Of a stretch of DNA of 64,000 nucleotides, positions 8,727 to 16,737 are shown one piece after another; position 1 is the stretch's first letter; each line of letters starts with the position of its first letter. Origin of the DNA: Chitinispirillia bacterium (GTDB lineage: Bacteria; Fibrobacterota; Chitinivibrionia; Chitinivibrionales; Chitinispirillaceae). Under the pieces are notes generated by a model, which saw only the letters and a program-made list of their open reading frames with translations, did no database searches and was not told where the DNA came from. Position numbers and translations under genes: made by a program. The DNA lies in assembly GCA_009784115.1 (NCBI GenBank), contig WRCH01000002.1, positions 174-64,173 on the forward strand, given 5' to 3'.

Positions 8727-10124
8727 TTGTCAATACGTTTTTTTATAGTTATTATCACTTTCATATTATCTGCCGGAGCTGTAAAAAATAGCTATGCTGA
8801 TGATACCATCCCGCAATCATCAAACAATAATACTGATACAACCGTTTACATCCGCGCAATAGAGATTCACGGCAATGTAACCACCCGCTCAGAAGTGCTT
8901 AATCAATTTATAACTTTTAAAGTGGGTGATGAACTTGATCTAACCGCTCTAACCGCCGCGCGTATCAATCTTGTAAAAACACATCTTTATGACAAAGTAG
9001 ATATCTTCCCGAATATGCGTGAAGACGGCGCGTATGTTTTTATAATTCTTAAAGAGGCGGTAAGGCAGTCTATAAGCTACGGCGGCGAGTACGGTACACA
9101 TAAATACGGCGAGCGGAATCTATGGTGGAGCGTACATCTTGACGCGGGTCTTAGTAATTTCAGAGGACGGCTTGAAGATATTTCAGGCGGCGTAAGTTTT
9201 TGGGAACACCGCGGAGTGCGGGCGTCATGGCATAAGCCGCTTTTGTCAACTCCTTATTTTATCGGAGCCGCCGCCGCCGTCGCCGTCTATCCCGACGAAT
9301 GGCTGACTATCGATTACCGCGACATATCCGCAAGAGTGACCGCAGGCAGATACATCGGCAAATATTCACATATATCTATAAGCGCAATTCCGATACAGCG
9401 GTGCAGGAGTTGGACTAACGATTTAGCCCGAATAGCTCCGCTGCCCGATATTTATGAAGCATTCGGAGTTGCAGGATTTGTAAACGATCTGCGCAGCAGC
9501 CGCTTTGACCCGCGAAGCGGCTGGTTTCTGCGCAATGAAATAAGAACAAACCGGCTCTATTATGATCTTACAGAACCGTTCGTTCAATATCGAAATGATT
9601 TTCGCTTCTATCAACCTATGCTTTTTGATGACGTAGCAGCTCTGCGGCTTTCAATGACGCTGCGCGATAGAGACGCAGGCCATTATCACCGTTTACTTTA
9701 CGGAGACGCCGGACATATACGCGGCTACAGCCAAAAAGAGCTTGGGTGGGATTTTGTCACAAACAGTTCTATTTTAATGTCCGTGAAATATCATAAACCG
9801 ATTTGGAAATCGCATCCGGTTAAGGTGCCTCTAATTAACGCGGTGTACACCGGCGTACAAAAGATATCATACCGCATAGACGCGGCTCTTATCGCAGACT
9901 ACGCCAGACTTTACGGCGATCCGCACGGCGCGTTAATTTTTAAAGGCCCCATGCAGGACGCTGCAGGGCTTGGCGGCGGTATGCGGGTTGTATTCCCCGA
10001 AATACGCCAAAGCGGATGTATTGACCTTGTATATGGAAGACATGACAAGATAAGTGAAAACGGAGACAGAAAAGGCTATACATGGAAACCTGTCTTGCAT
10101 GTTTACTTTGATATTTTTTATTAG
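8727..10124 (+). CDS. Omp85/BamA-family outer membrane protein (one POTRA domain plus beta-barrel)
   Basis: A signal peptide, a POTRA-like segment (IRAIEIHGNVTTRSEVLNQFITFKVGDELD) and a C-terminal barrel ending in an aromatic residue (FDIFY). The start codon is TTG. Confidence 0.7.
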   Translation: MSIRFFIVIITFILSAGAVKNSYADDTIPQSSNNNTDTTVYIRAIEIHGNVTTRSEVLNQFITFKVGDELDLTALTAARINLVKTHLYDKVDIFPNMREDGAYVFIILKEAVRQSISYGGEYGTHKYGERNLWWSVHLDAGLSNFRGRLEDISGGVSFWEHRGVRASWHKPLLSTPYFIGAAAAVAVYPDEWLTIDYRDISARVTAGRYIGKYSHISISAIPIQRCRSWTNDLARIAPLPDIYEAFGVAGFVNDLRSSRFDPRSGWFLRNEIRTNRLYYDLTEPFVQYRNDFRFYQPMLFDDVAALRLSMTLRDRDAGHYHRLLYGDAGHIRGYSQKELGWDFVTNSSILMSVKYHKPIWKSHPVKVPLINAVYTGVQKISYRIDAALIADYARLYGDPHGALIFKGPMQDAAGLGGGMRVVFPEIRQSGCIDLVYGRHDKISENGDRKGYTWKPVLHVYFDIFY

Positions 10125-10125
10125 A

Positions 10126-11874
10126 TCATACCCGGTTTTGCATCTCTTTGGGCGCACTTCTTTTCTTTTTTGAAAATCTCTCGCGTGACATTTTTGTTTT
10201 TTCTTTTGTACGGAAGCCGCGCTTGCCATCCCCCCAATCTCTCTTGTCTTTATTATCAGATGTTGGAGACGCGCGTTGAATAAGCGCGTCTTTTCCGCCC
10301 TTATTTTTAAATTTTGAGAGAATTATTTCTGCTTCCGCAAGGGGTACTGTAACAAATGAGAACCGGTCTAATATCTGAATATCTTCAATTAATTTTATAT
10401 CTATACCTGCCTCATTTACTATAAATTCCGATAAAAGTTTTTTTGTCGCTTTGCTGCTCCTGCCAAGCGCTATAAAGAGACGTACTCCTTCGCTTTTTTT
10501 GGGATGATCATCCTTGCCAAAAGAGCGCTCCGCAGGCCCTTTCTCTTTTTTGCGGTAAACGGGAGTGATCTGACGGTAGCTGCTTCTGTCAAGAACACGG
10601 CCGTATGAATTTTTAAGAACAGAAGCTAAAAGCGTCTGCGGGTCTTTACCGCCCGACAACAGCTCACGCGCCCACAAATCAAATACCGAACCTGATAAAT
10701 CAGAAACATTTTGAAATGATTTCGTAATCCGCTCTCTTTTCTGTTCTATTATTTGAGATACTTCCGGTACCTCTTTTCTTCTCATAGAGGCGTTTACGCT
10801 TCTTTTTATAAATCCAAGACGGCTAAACTCGCGGGAGGTGATAAATGTAATCGCGGTACCGTGGCTCCCCGCGCGCCCCGTGCGTCCTATGCGGTGTACG
10901 TAGCTCTCGGCGTCCTGAGGCAGGCCGTAATTTATTACATGCGAGAGGTTACTGATATCAATACCCCTTGCCGCCACATCTGTAGCGACAAGCATTGTTG
11001 CTGTTTTTTTCCGAAATTTACCAAGAATCTGCTCGCGCTGCGCCTGAGAGATATCACCATGCAAACCCTCTGCGCTATAGCCTCTGTCGCCAAGCTGGCG
11101 CACAAGCTCGTCTACCTCAGTTTTCATTCTGCAAAAAACTATGCCGTAGAAGTTTTCCTCCATGTCAACGATTCTGCACAGCGCCTCAAAACGGTCATGC
11201 TGGGCTACTTCATAATATATCTGATCTGTAAGTCCTGTCAATAAACTTGTTTTGGTTTTTACATGCTCTATTTGCTTCATATAACCGGCGGCGAGTTTTT
11301 TAATTCGCTCCGGCATGGTAGCGCTAAATAAAAAAGTGCGCCGTCCTTGCGGGGTTTCACTGAGAATTCTTTCGATATCTTCAATAAAACCCATGTTGAG
11401 CATCTCATCTGCCTCATCAAGAACAAAAAAACGCACGTTTTGAAGTTTAAGCGCGCCCCGCTCTATCAGATCAATCACTCTTCCCGGTGTACCCACTGCA
11501 ATAGAGACGCCTTTTTTCAGTTTAGAGAGCTGAATTGAGATCGCCTGCCCGCCGTATATAGGGGCGACCGTTATGCGGCTCTCTCTCCCTTTAAGCGAAT
11601 TTATCTCCTCGCATACCTGAAGAACAAGCTCCCTTGTAGGCGCAAGGATAACCGCCTGTACATGTGTGATTGACGGGTCGAGCAACTCAATGAGAGGCAG
11701 GGCGAAAGCGGCGGTTTTTCCTGTTCCGGTCTGCGCCTGAGCAATTAGATCACACTCATTTCCAAGCATAACCGGTATCACAAGAGACTGAATTTCTGTG
11801 GGCTCTTCAAAACCTTTAGCGTTAACGGCGCCTAAAGTTTTATCTGATAACCCAAGATTTTTAAATTTTTCCAT
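10126..11874 (-). CDS. deaD: DEAD-box ATP-dependent RNA helicase (DeaD/CsdA-like, with C-terminal RNA-binding extension)
   Basis: Q motif, AQTGTGKT, DEAD, SAT and HRIGRTGRAG motifs, plus a basic C-terminal tail. Confidence 0.9.
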   Translation of the reverse strand: MEKFKNLGLSDKTLGAVNAKGFEEPTEIQSLVIPVMLGNECDLIAQAQTGTGKTAAFALPLIELLDPSITHVQAVILAPTRELVLQVCEEINSLKGRESRITVAPIYGGQAISIQLSKLKKGVSIAVGTPGRVIDLIERGALKLQNVRFFVLDEADEMLNMGFIEDIERILSETPQGRRTFLFSATMPERIKKLAAGYMKQIEHVKTKTSLLTGLTDQIYYEVAQHDRFEALCRIVDMEENFYGIVFCRMKTEVDELVRQLGDRGYSAEGLHGDISQAQREQILGKFRKKTATMLVATDVAARGIDISNLSHVINYGLPQDAESYVHRIGRTGRAGSHGTAITFITSREFSRLGFIKRSVNASMRRKEVPEVSQIIEQKRERITKSFQNVSDLSGSVFDLWARELLSGGKDPQTLLASVLKNSYGRVLDRSSYRQITPVYRKKEKGPAERSFGKDDHPKKSEGVRLFIALGRSSKATKKLLSEFIVNEAGIDIKLIEDIQILDRFSFVTVPLAEAEIILSKFKNKGGKDALIQRASPTSDNKDKRDWGDGKRGFRTKEKTKMSRERFSKKKRSAPKEMQNRV

Positions 11875-12192
11875 TTCTTTCCTTAACGCAAGAGATGTGC
11901 TTCGGTACGAGAATATAGGTCAGGGGCGCGGTAAACTGAAAGTGTTTTACTGATTTTTTTTATTTAGATTATGCCGCATCGAAATATCCTCCAAAAACAA
12001 ACTTCTGTTTGACGAAAGCAATGCTTGATTTTTTCTGCATACTGAGTTATATTAATGGCCATAGAACACTTTTTCTGTCAATCCAAGGCAATTTACTGAA
12101 ACTGAGCGAAATTGCCGAGAATAGAAAGAAAATGAAAGATACCTCTGTATAATAATCAAAACTGCTGAAAAAGCAAGGGGAAGCAATTTATT

Positions 12193-12408
12193 ATGCCTGT
12201 AAACAATCTTCGGCCAAGCGCCAAAAAAATTGATTTGATAATCGCCGAAAAGGAGATGCTGCAAGATGAAGTATGTAAAAAGGCCGGAATAAGCCAACAA
12301 ACGCTCTGTACAATAAGAAGGACAGAAAGAGCAAGTTTGGCTACAATCGGTAAAATTGCACGCGCACTCGGCGTCTCGGTAACGGAGATAATTTTTGACG
12401 AAAATTAG
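12193..12408 (+). CDS. XRE-family helix-turn-helix transcriptional regulator (71 aa)
   Basis: HTH_XRE pattern: LQDEVCKKAGISQQTLCTIRRTERASLATIGKIARALGVSVTEI. Confidence 0.7.
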   Translation: MPVNNLRPSAKKIDLIIAEKEMLQDEVCKKAGISQQTLCTIRRTERASLATIGKIARALGVSVTEIIFDEN

Positions 12409-12615
12409 CAAAAAATGACAGCGGATGAACAATGACGGCATACGGATTGCTTCTTTACCTTTATTACGTATGCCGGGCCAGGAGCCCCAAAAAACATAAA
12501 ATCCTTAAAAATATAAACCAAAGCAATGTTTATTCTTATTAAACAAAGACATTAGCCGTGTGTATTTTCTGAAATCAGACTTAAAAAGCACCGGGAGAGG
12601 GGAATTTCAACCTGT

Positions 12616-12990
12616 ATGTCTCTTAATAAACGCATAAAAGAGTTTAGAAAGTATCTTGGATTAACACAAGCTGAGTTTGGCCGCAGAATTGGGATCGTAC
12701 AAGGGCACCTTACAGGTATCGAAAGCGGTAAAAAAAACGTAACTCAAAAAACGCTTAAGGTGATCTGCGCAACTTACAGTGTATCTGAAGAGTGGCTAAG
12801 AACCGGTAATGGCGAAATGATTGCCCAAAATCCCGACAAAAGAGCTATCCGGATAATCAAGTTTTTTAATGAACTAAGTTCTGAGTTTCAAGATTACATG
12901 CTCTTGCAGCTTCAAAGCCTTTTAGAATTGCAAAAAAAACAGACGGCGCCGCCGGCTGTGCATAAAAAAAAGTTACCTGATAAAAAATAA
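12616..12990 (+). CDS. XRE-family helix-turn-helix transcriptional regulator (124 aa)
   Basis: IKEFRKYLGLTQAEFGRRIGIVQGHLTGIESGKKNVTQKTLKVICATYSVSEEWLRTG is a phage-repressor-like HTH. Confidence 0.75.
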   Translation: MSLNKRIKEFRKYLGLTQAEFGRRIGIVQGHLTGIESGKKNVTQKTLKVICATYSVSEEWLRTGNGEMIAQNPDKRAIRIIKFFNELSSEFQDYMLLQLQSLLELQKKQTAPPAVHKKKLPDKK

Positions 12991-13004
12991 CTCACAGAAA
13001 AGCA

Positions 13005-13114
13005 TATGTACTGCATAACGGCACGCGTTATACACTGTGCCGCTAAGCAACCTCACGGCCTCACGTGCAGTTGCGTGCGGTGCAGTGTGAACGCGTGCCG
13101 CGCGTACCGGTATA
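13005..13114 (+). repeat. Structured repeat family A, copy A1 (forward orientation)
   Basis: It has the conserved core TGCCGCTAAGCAACCTCACGGCC..GTGCAGTTGCGTGCGGTGCAG flanked by the complementary arms CGGCACGCGTTATACACTG / CAGTGTGAACGCGTGCCG. Confidence 0.85.
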
Positions 13115-13286
13115 TTCGTATTTTCTCACTTTTTATGCAAAAATGATTCTCATTTTGGGAATTGCTTTTGCGTAGATGAGAAAATGCCTTGCCGATTCTT
13201 ATAAAATCCCCGGGCTGAAAGATCTTGCGCCCCAAAAGCGAGCTCAATAGACGCAATAATCATAATCGAATAGATGATATCCATTT

Positions 13287-13301
13287 TGGCACGACCTTTG
13301 C
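13287..13301 (+). promoter_or_regulatory. Sigma54-type -24/-12 promoter (TGGCACGACCTTTGC)
   Basis: Exact match to TGGCAC-N5-TTGC, about 140 nt upstream of the RRM gene ATG and on the same strand. Confidence 0.6.
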
Positions 13302-13440
13302 GTATTCCCTCCTGAGCATTTAAACAAAAGCTGGAAGGCTTATTGCTGAGGAAGCAGACTTATAAAGCTGCCTCTCCGCTGCTGTAAGTTCTTTATCCCG
13401 CTTATTACAAATTCACCATTTTTTGCAAAGGATCTGTTCT

Positions 13441-13731
13441 ATGTCTCAAAAACTCTACGTCGGCAACCTCCCTTACAGAACTACCGAAAATGATGTTCGT
13501 AAACTCTTCATCAAGTACGAGCCTATACACTCCGTCGTACTAATATCCGACCGCGAAACAGGACGCTCGCGCGGCTTTGGCTTCATTGAACTTGAAGAGA
13601 TTAACGCTGAGTCTGCAATCACAGAACTCGGTGATACAATCTTCGGCGGACGCAATCTGCGTATAAGCAGAGCAAAAGACAGAGACTCTGCAGATATGCG
13701 CACACCAAGATTGCAGCATGCCCACGATTAA
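13441..13731 (+). CDS. RRM-domain RNA-binding protein
   Basis: RNP2 LYVGNL and RNP1 RGFGFIEL motifs. I prefer ATG at 13441 over the upstream TTG at 13423. Confidence 0.85.
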   Translation: MSQKLYVGNLPYRTTENDVRKLFIKYEPIHSVVLISDRETGRSRGFGFIELEEINAESAITELGDTIFGGRNLRISRAKDRDSADMRTPRLQHAHD

Positions 13732-13747
13732 TGAGAACTTGTTTATC

Positions 13748-13843
13748 TATACCGGTACACGGCATAAATCTACACTGCACTGCACGCAGGGCCGGCTCTG
13801 TTGCTTAGCGGCACAGTGTAGATTTATGCCGTTATGCAGTATA
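13748..13843 (-). repeat. Structured repeat family A, copy A2 (reverse orientation, short-core variant)
   Basis: The arms are perfectly complementary (CGGCATAAATCTACACTG / CAGTGTAGATTTATGCCG). The core is GCACGCAGGGCCGGCTCTGTTGCTTAGCGGCA. Confidence 0.85.
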
Positions 13844-13968
13844 ATAAATAATCTGTTAACCCCGCGTAAAATTTAAAAACGCGGGGTACTTCATTCAACA
13901 CACTGAACCGCTATAAAACCATCACTGAACCGGCTGATTGACATAATGATCAGAATACATTATATTGA

Positions 13969-14036
13969 TATACCGAATCACGGCACGCGTTTACCGGTAT
14001 ATACTGACTAACTGCACAGTGTAGATTTATGCCGTG
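13969..14036. repeat. Family A fragment / chimeric copy A3
   Basis: The left end resembles the A1 arm (CGGCACGCG) and the right end is identical to the A2 right arm (CAGTGTAGATTTATGCCG). The central core is missing. Confidence 0.6.
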
Positions 14037-14097
14037 AAGTGGTATAGCAGAAAAGCAGGGCGGGTCAATACACTCCCGTTGACAGAGGTGCGGACAG

Positions 14098-15990
14098 ATG
14101 TCGAAACAAAATTTATATTTTATACCTAAGGTAAAAAATTTGCGCCGCGGCGCAGGATTTTTGAATATCTCTTCCATAGAGAGTATTTATATACCTCTTG
14201 ACAACAGCTATCATCGCGAAACTGCTTCTTATTTACAAAAACGCATATTAAGCATTACTGGAATCAAAATCCCCATAATAGCCGGTACAAAATCAGGAGT
14301 TTGTATTGAGCTTCTGTTTGACGGAGATGCCGCCAAAAACAGTGAGCGGTACTCTTTAGAAGTATCGGCTGACGGCGTTGCACTTAAAGGAACCGGTACA
14401 GAGGGAGTTTTTCGCGCCGGCGCCACTTTTATTCAGCTTATTTTAAATTGTCCGTCATCACTCCCCTATCTTGAAATTAATGATGAACCCGATTTCGCGG
14501 TAAGAGGATTTTACCATGATGTGACACGCGGCAGAGTGCCGACTCTTGATACGCTTAAACATTTGGCTGACATTCTAAGTTTCTATAAGATTAATCATTT
14601 TCAGCTTTATATCGAGCACACATTCGCTTTCAAGGCAATTCCTGAACTCCATGCGGGTAAAGACCCCTTAAGCGCCGATGATATTTTGGAGCTTGACAGA
14701 TATTGCCGTGACCGCTATATTGACCTTGTCCCCTCCCTCTCTACCTTTGGACATCTTTACGAACTCTTGCGGCTGCCGCGTTTTGAGCATCTTAATGAAC
14801 TTGACATAAAAGCATCTCAAACGCCGCGTAGCTTGTGGGATCGTATGGCACATTATACGCTTGACGTGAGTAATGACGAAAGTTTTTATCTTGTAAAGGG
14901 AATGATAGAGGAGTATTTACCGCTTTTTTCATCACCATATTTTAATATTTGCTGTGATGAAACGTTTGATTTAGGCACAGGGAAGAATGCGGAAAGAGCG
15001 CAAAAAGAGGGTACGGGAAGACTCTATGTCGATTTTGTAAAGAAAATAATGAGCGTTGTACGCAGACATGGAAAAAAACCTATGCTTTGGGGTGATATTG
15101 TCCTTAAACATCCTGAGCTTATTTCCGAACTTGCCGGCGATGATACGATATTTTTAAATTGGGAGTATACGCCGGAAGTAACCTGTCTGCCGATAAAAAC
15201 ATTTAAAGACGCGGGTGTAAACCAATACGTATGCCCCGGCGTCAATGGATGGAGCCGGTTTGCCGCGGATGTTAATCGCGGCAGTACTAATATATTGAAG
15301 ATGGTACGTTTCGGCAGAGACGCCGGTGCTCTTGGAGTTTTGAATACAGATTGGGGTGACTGCGGACAGGTCAATCTTTTGTCAACATCATTTCACAGCC
15401 TCGCTTTCGGCGCCGCGCTTTCATGGAACAGTAATGACGGGGATGACAAAAGTGAGTTTGACAAAAGATTCTCATTTTTACAGTGGGGTTTAGAGGATGG
15501 ACGTCTCGGTGAGATACTTCGGGAACTTGGGGAGCTGAGCGCTTATCACTTTGGTAATCTTTACGCGTGGGTTACAGATAAACAGTGCCTGTGGTTTAAA
15601 GAGGATGATATTAAAGCCGCTGATCCGATTGATCTTGGCCGCAGGATGAACCGCGCTTTAGAGTTTGTAAAGGAGCTTAAATCACTGTCAACCCAAGTAA
15701 CGGGCAGCATCTGCGGCAAAGCTGAATTTGACGAATATCTTTGGAGCGCGGAAGCAACCGCGTGGCTTTTATCTGTACAACTTTTCAAAAAGAGATATGA
15801 ATACAATCAAAAATTTGACGAGCCATTAATCCCGCCTGATAACATTATAAAAGATGGTTACAAACTAACCGGGCAGTTTAAACACCTGTGGCGTTTACGC
15901 AACCGTGAGTCGGAGCTTCGCGACGCAGCGGATACGTTTCTATCCGTTATCAGCAGGATTGAAAAAAGGAACGATAGTTGCATGATATGA
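14098..15990 (+). CDS. Glycoside hydrolase family 20-like beta-N-acetylhexosaminidase
   Basis: A GH20 TIM-barrel signature (RGFYHDVTRGRVPT...INHFQLYIEHTFAF) and a catalytic D-E pair in CCDETFDLG. Confidence 0.7.
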   Translation: MSKQNLYFIPKVKNLRRGAGFLNISSIESIYIPLDNSYHRETASYLQKRILSITGIKIPIIAGTKSGVCIELLFDGDAAKNSERYSLEVSADGVALKGTGTEGVFRAGATFIQLILNCPSSLPYLEINDEPDFAVRGFYHDVTRGRVPTLDTLKHLADILSFYKINHFQLYIEHTFAFKAIPELHAGKDPLSADDILELDRYCRDRYIDLVPSLSTFGHLYELLRLPRFEHLNELDIKASQTPRSLWDRMAHYTLDVSNDESFYLVKGMIEEYLPLFSSPYFNICCDETFDLGTGKNAERAQKEGTGRLYVDFVKKIMSVVRRHGKKPMLWGDIVLKHPELISELAGDDTIFLNWEYTPEVTCLPIKTFKDAGVNQYVCPGVNGWSRFAADVNRGSTNILKMVRFGRDAGALGVLNTDWGDCGQVNLLSTSFHSLAFGAALSWNSNDGDDKSEFDKRFSFLQWGLEDGRLGEILRELGELSAYHFGNLYAWVTDKQCLWFKEDDIKAADPIDLGRRMNRALEFVKELKSLSTQVTGSICGKAEFDEYLWSAEATAWLLSVQLFKKRYEYNQKFDEPLIPPDNIIKDGYKLTGQFKHLWRLRNRESELRDAADTFLSVISRIEKRNDSCMI

Positions 15991-16029
15991 CTTTGTGAGC
16001 TGTACTATCATATTGAGGGAGTAGGATAG

Positions 16030-16476
16030 ATGATTTTAGATCATCTTGAGAACATGCACAAATATCTTAAGATTCACCCTGCTATGATGGCAGTGCTTGA
16101 GTTTTTGGAAACCGTTGATCTTGACGGCTTCACAGCCGGCCGCAGAGAGATCAGCGGCGATAAAATCTTCGCATTGGCCACAACCGGTCAGGGCAAAGGG
16201 CTTGCCGATGCAAAGCTCAAATCTCACAAAAAATACATCGACATTGAGTACGCGGTCTCCGGCATAGATAACATAGGATGGAAACCGCTCTCAAGATGCT
16301 GCTGCCCGGAAGGAGAGTACGACAGTGAATCTGACGTTACCTTTTTTTCAGACGCGCCTGACACATGGTTTGGACTTGTTCCGCAAACATTTGCCGTTTT
16401 TTTTCCGGAAGACGCCCACGCACCGCTTGCTGTAAATGGATTGCTGCATAAAATTGTGATCAAAATGCAGATCTAA
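16030..16476 (+). CDS. YhcH/YjgK/YiaL-family (DUF386) protein
   Basis: About 150 aa with an HPAMMAVLEFL start and a C-terminal FFPEDAHAP motif typical of this family. Confidence 0.7.
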   Translation: MILDHLENMHKYLKIHPAMMAVLEFLETVDLDGFTAGRREISGDKIFALATTGQGKGLADAKLKSHKKYIDIEYAVSGIDNIGWKPLSRCCCPEGEYDSESDVTFFSDAPDTWFGLVPQTFAVFFPEDAHAPLAVNGLLHKIVIKMQI

Positions 16477-16515
16477 AAACGATATTCTTTCTTTGCGGAA
16501 AAAACAGATGTAAGC

Positions 16516-16621
16516 TATTAAGGCGGCAATTAAATGTCGCAACTCCCGGCACATCGACTGCACGAACCATCGTGAGGCCGCTGTACCGGAGGCTTCGGCA
16601 TTTAACTGCCGAAGTAATATA
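16516..16621 (+). repeat. Structured repeat family B, copy B2
   Basis: It has the same core, CCGGCACATCGACTGCACGAACCATCGTGAGGCCGCTGTACCGG. The stem is more degenerate than in B1 and B3. Confidence 0.8.
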
Positions 16622-16737
16622 AGGCCGCAGTATTGAATCACATTAATAAAATCAAGTATATTAATTTATTATTATTACGATGATATTATATTGAGTAACG
16701 GCATATCATCATCATTCCACTTGAAAATGATTAACAT

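Noticed and set aside
12052-12441. A 129-aa minus-strand ORF.
   Set aside because: It is antisense to, and fully overlaps, the clear XRE HTH gene (12193-12408). It has odd composition and no motifs, so it is probably a shadow ORF.
13053-13256. A 67-aa minus-strand ORF.
   Set aside because: Its C-terminal part is encoded by repeat A1, it has no motifs, and it lies in the likely upstream regulatory region of the sigma54 promoter.
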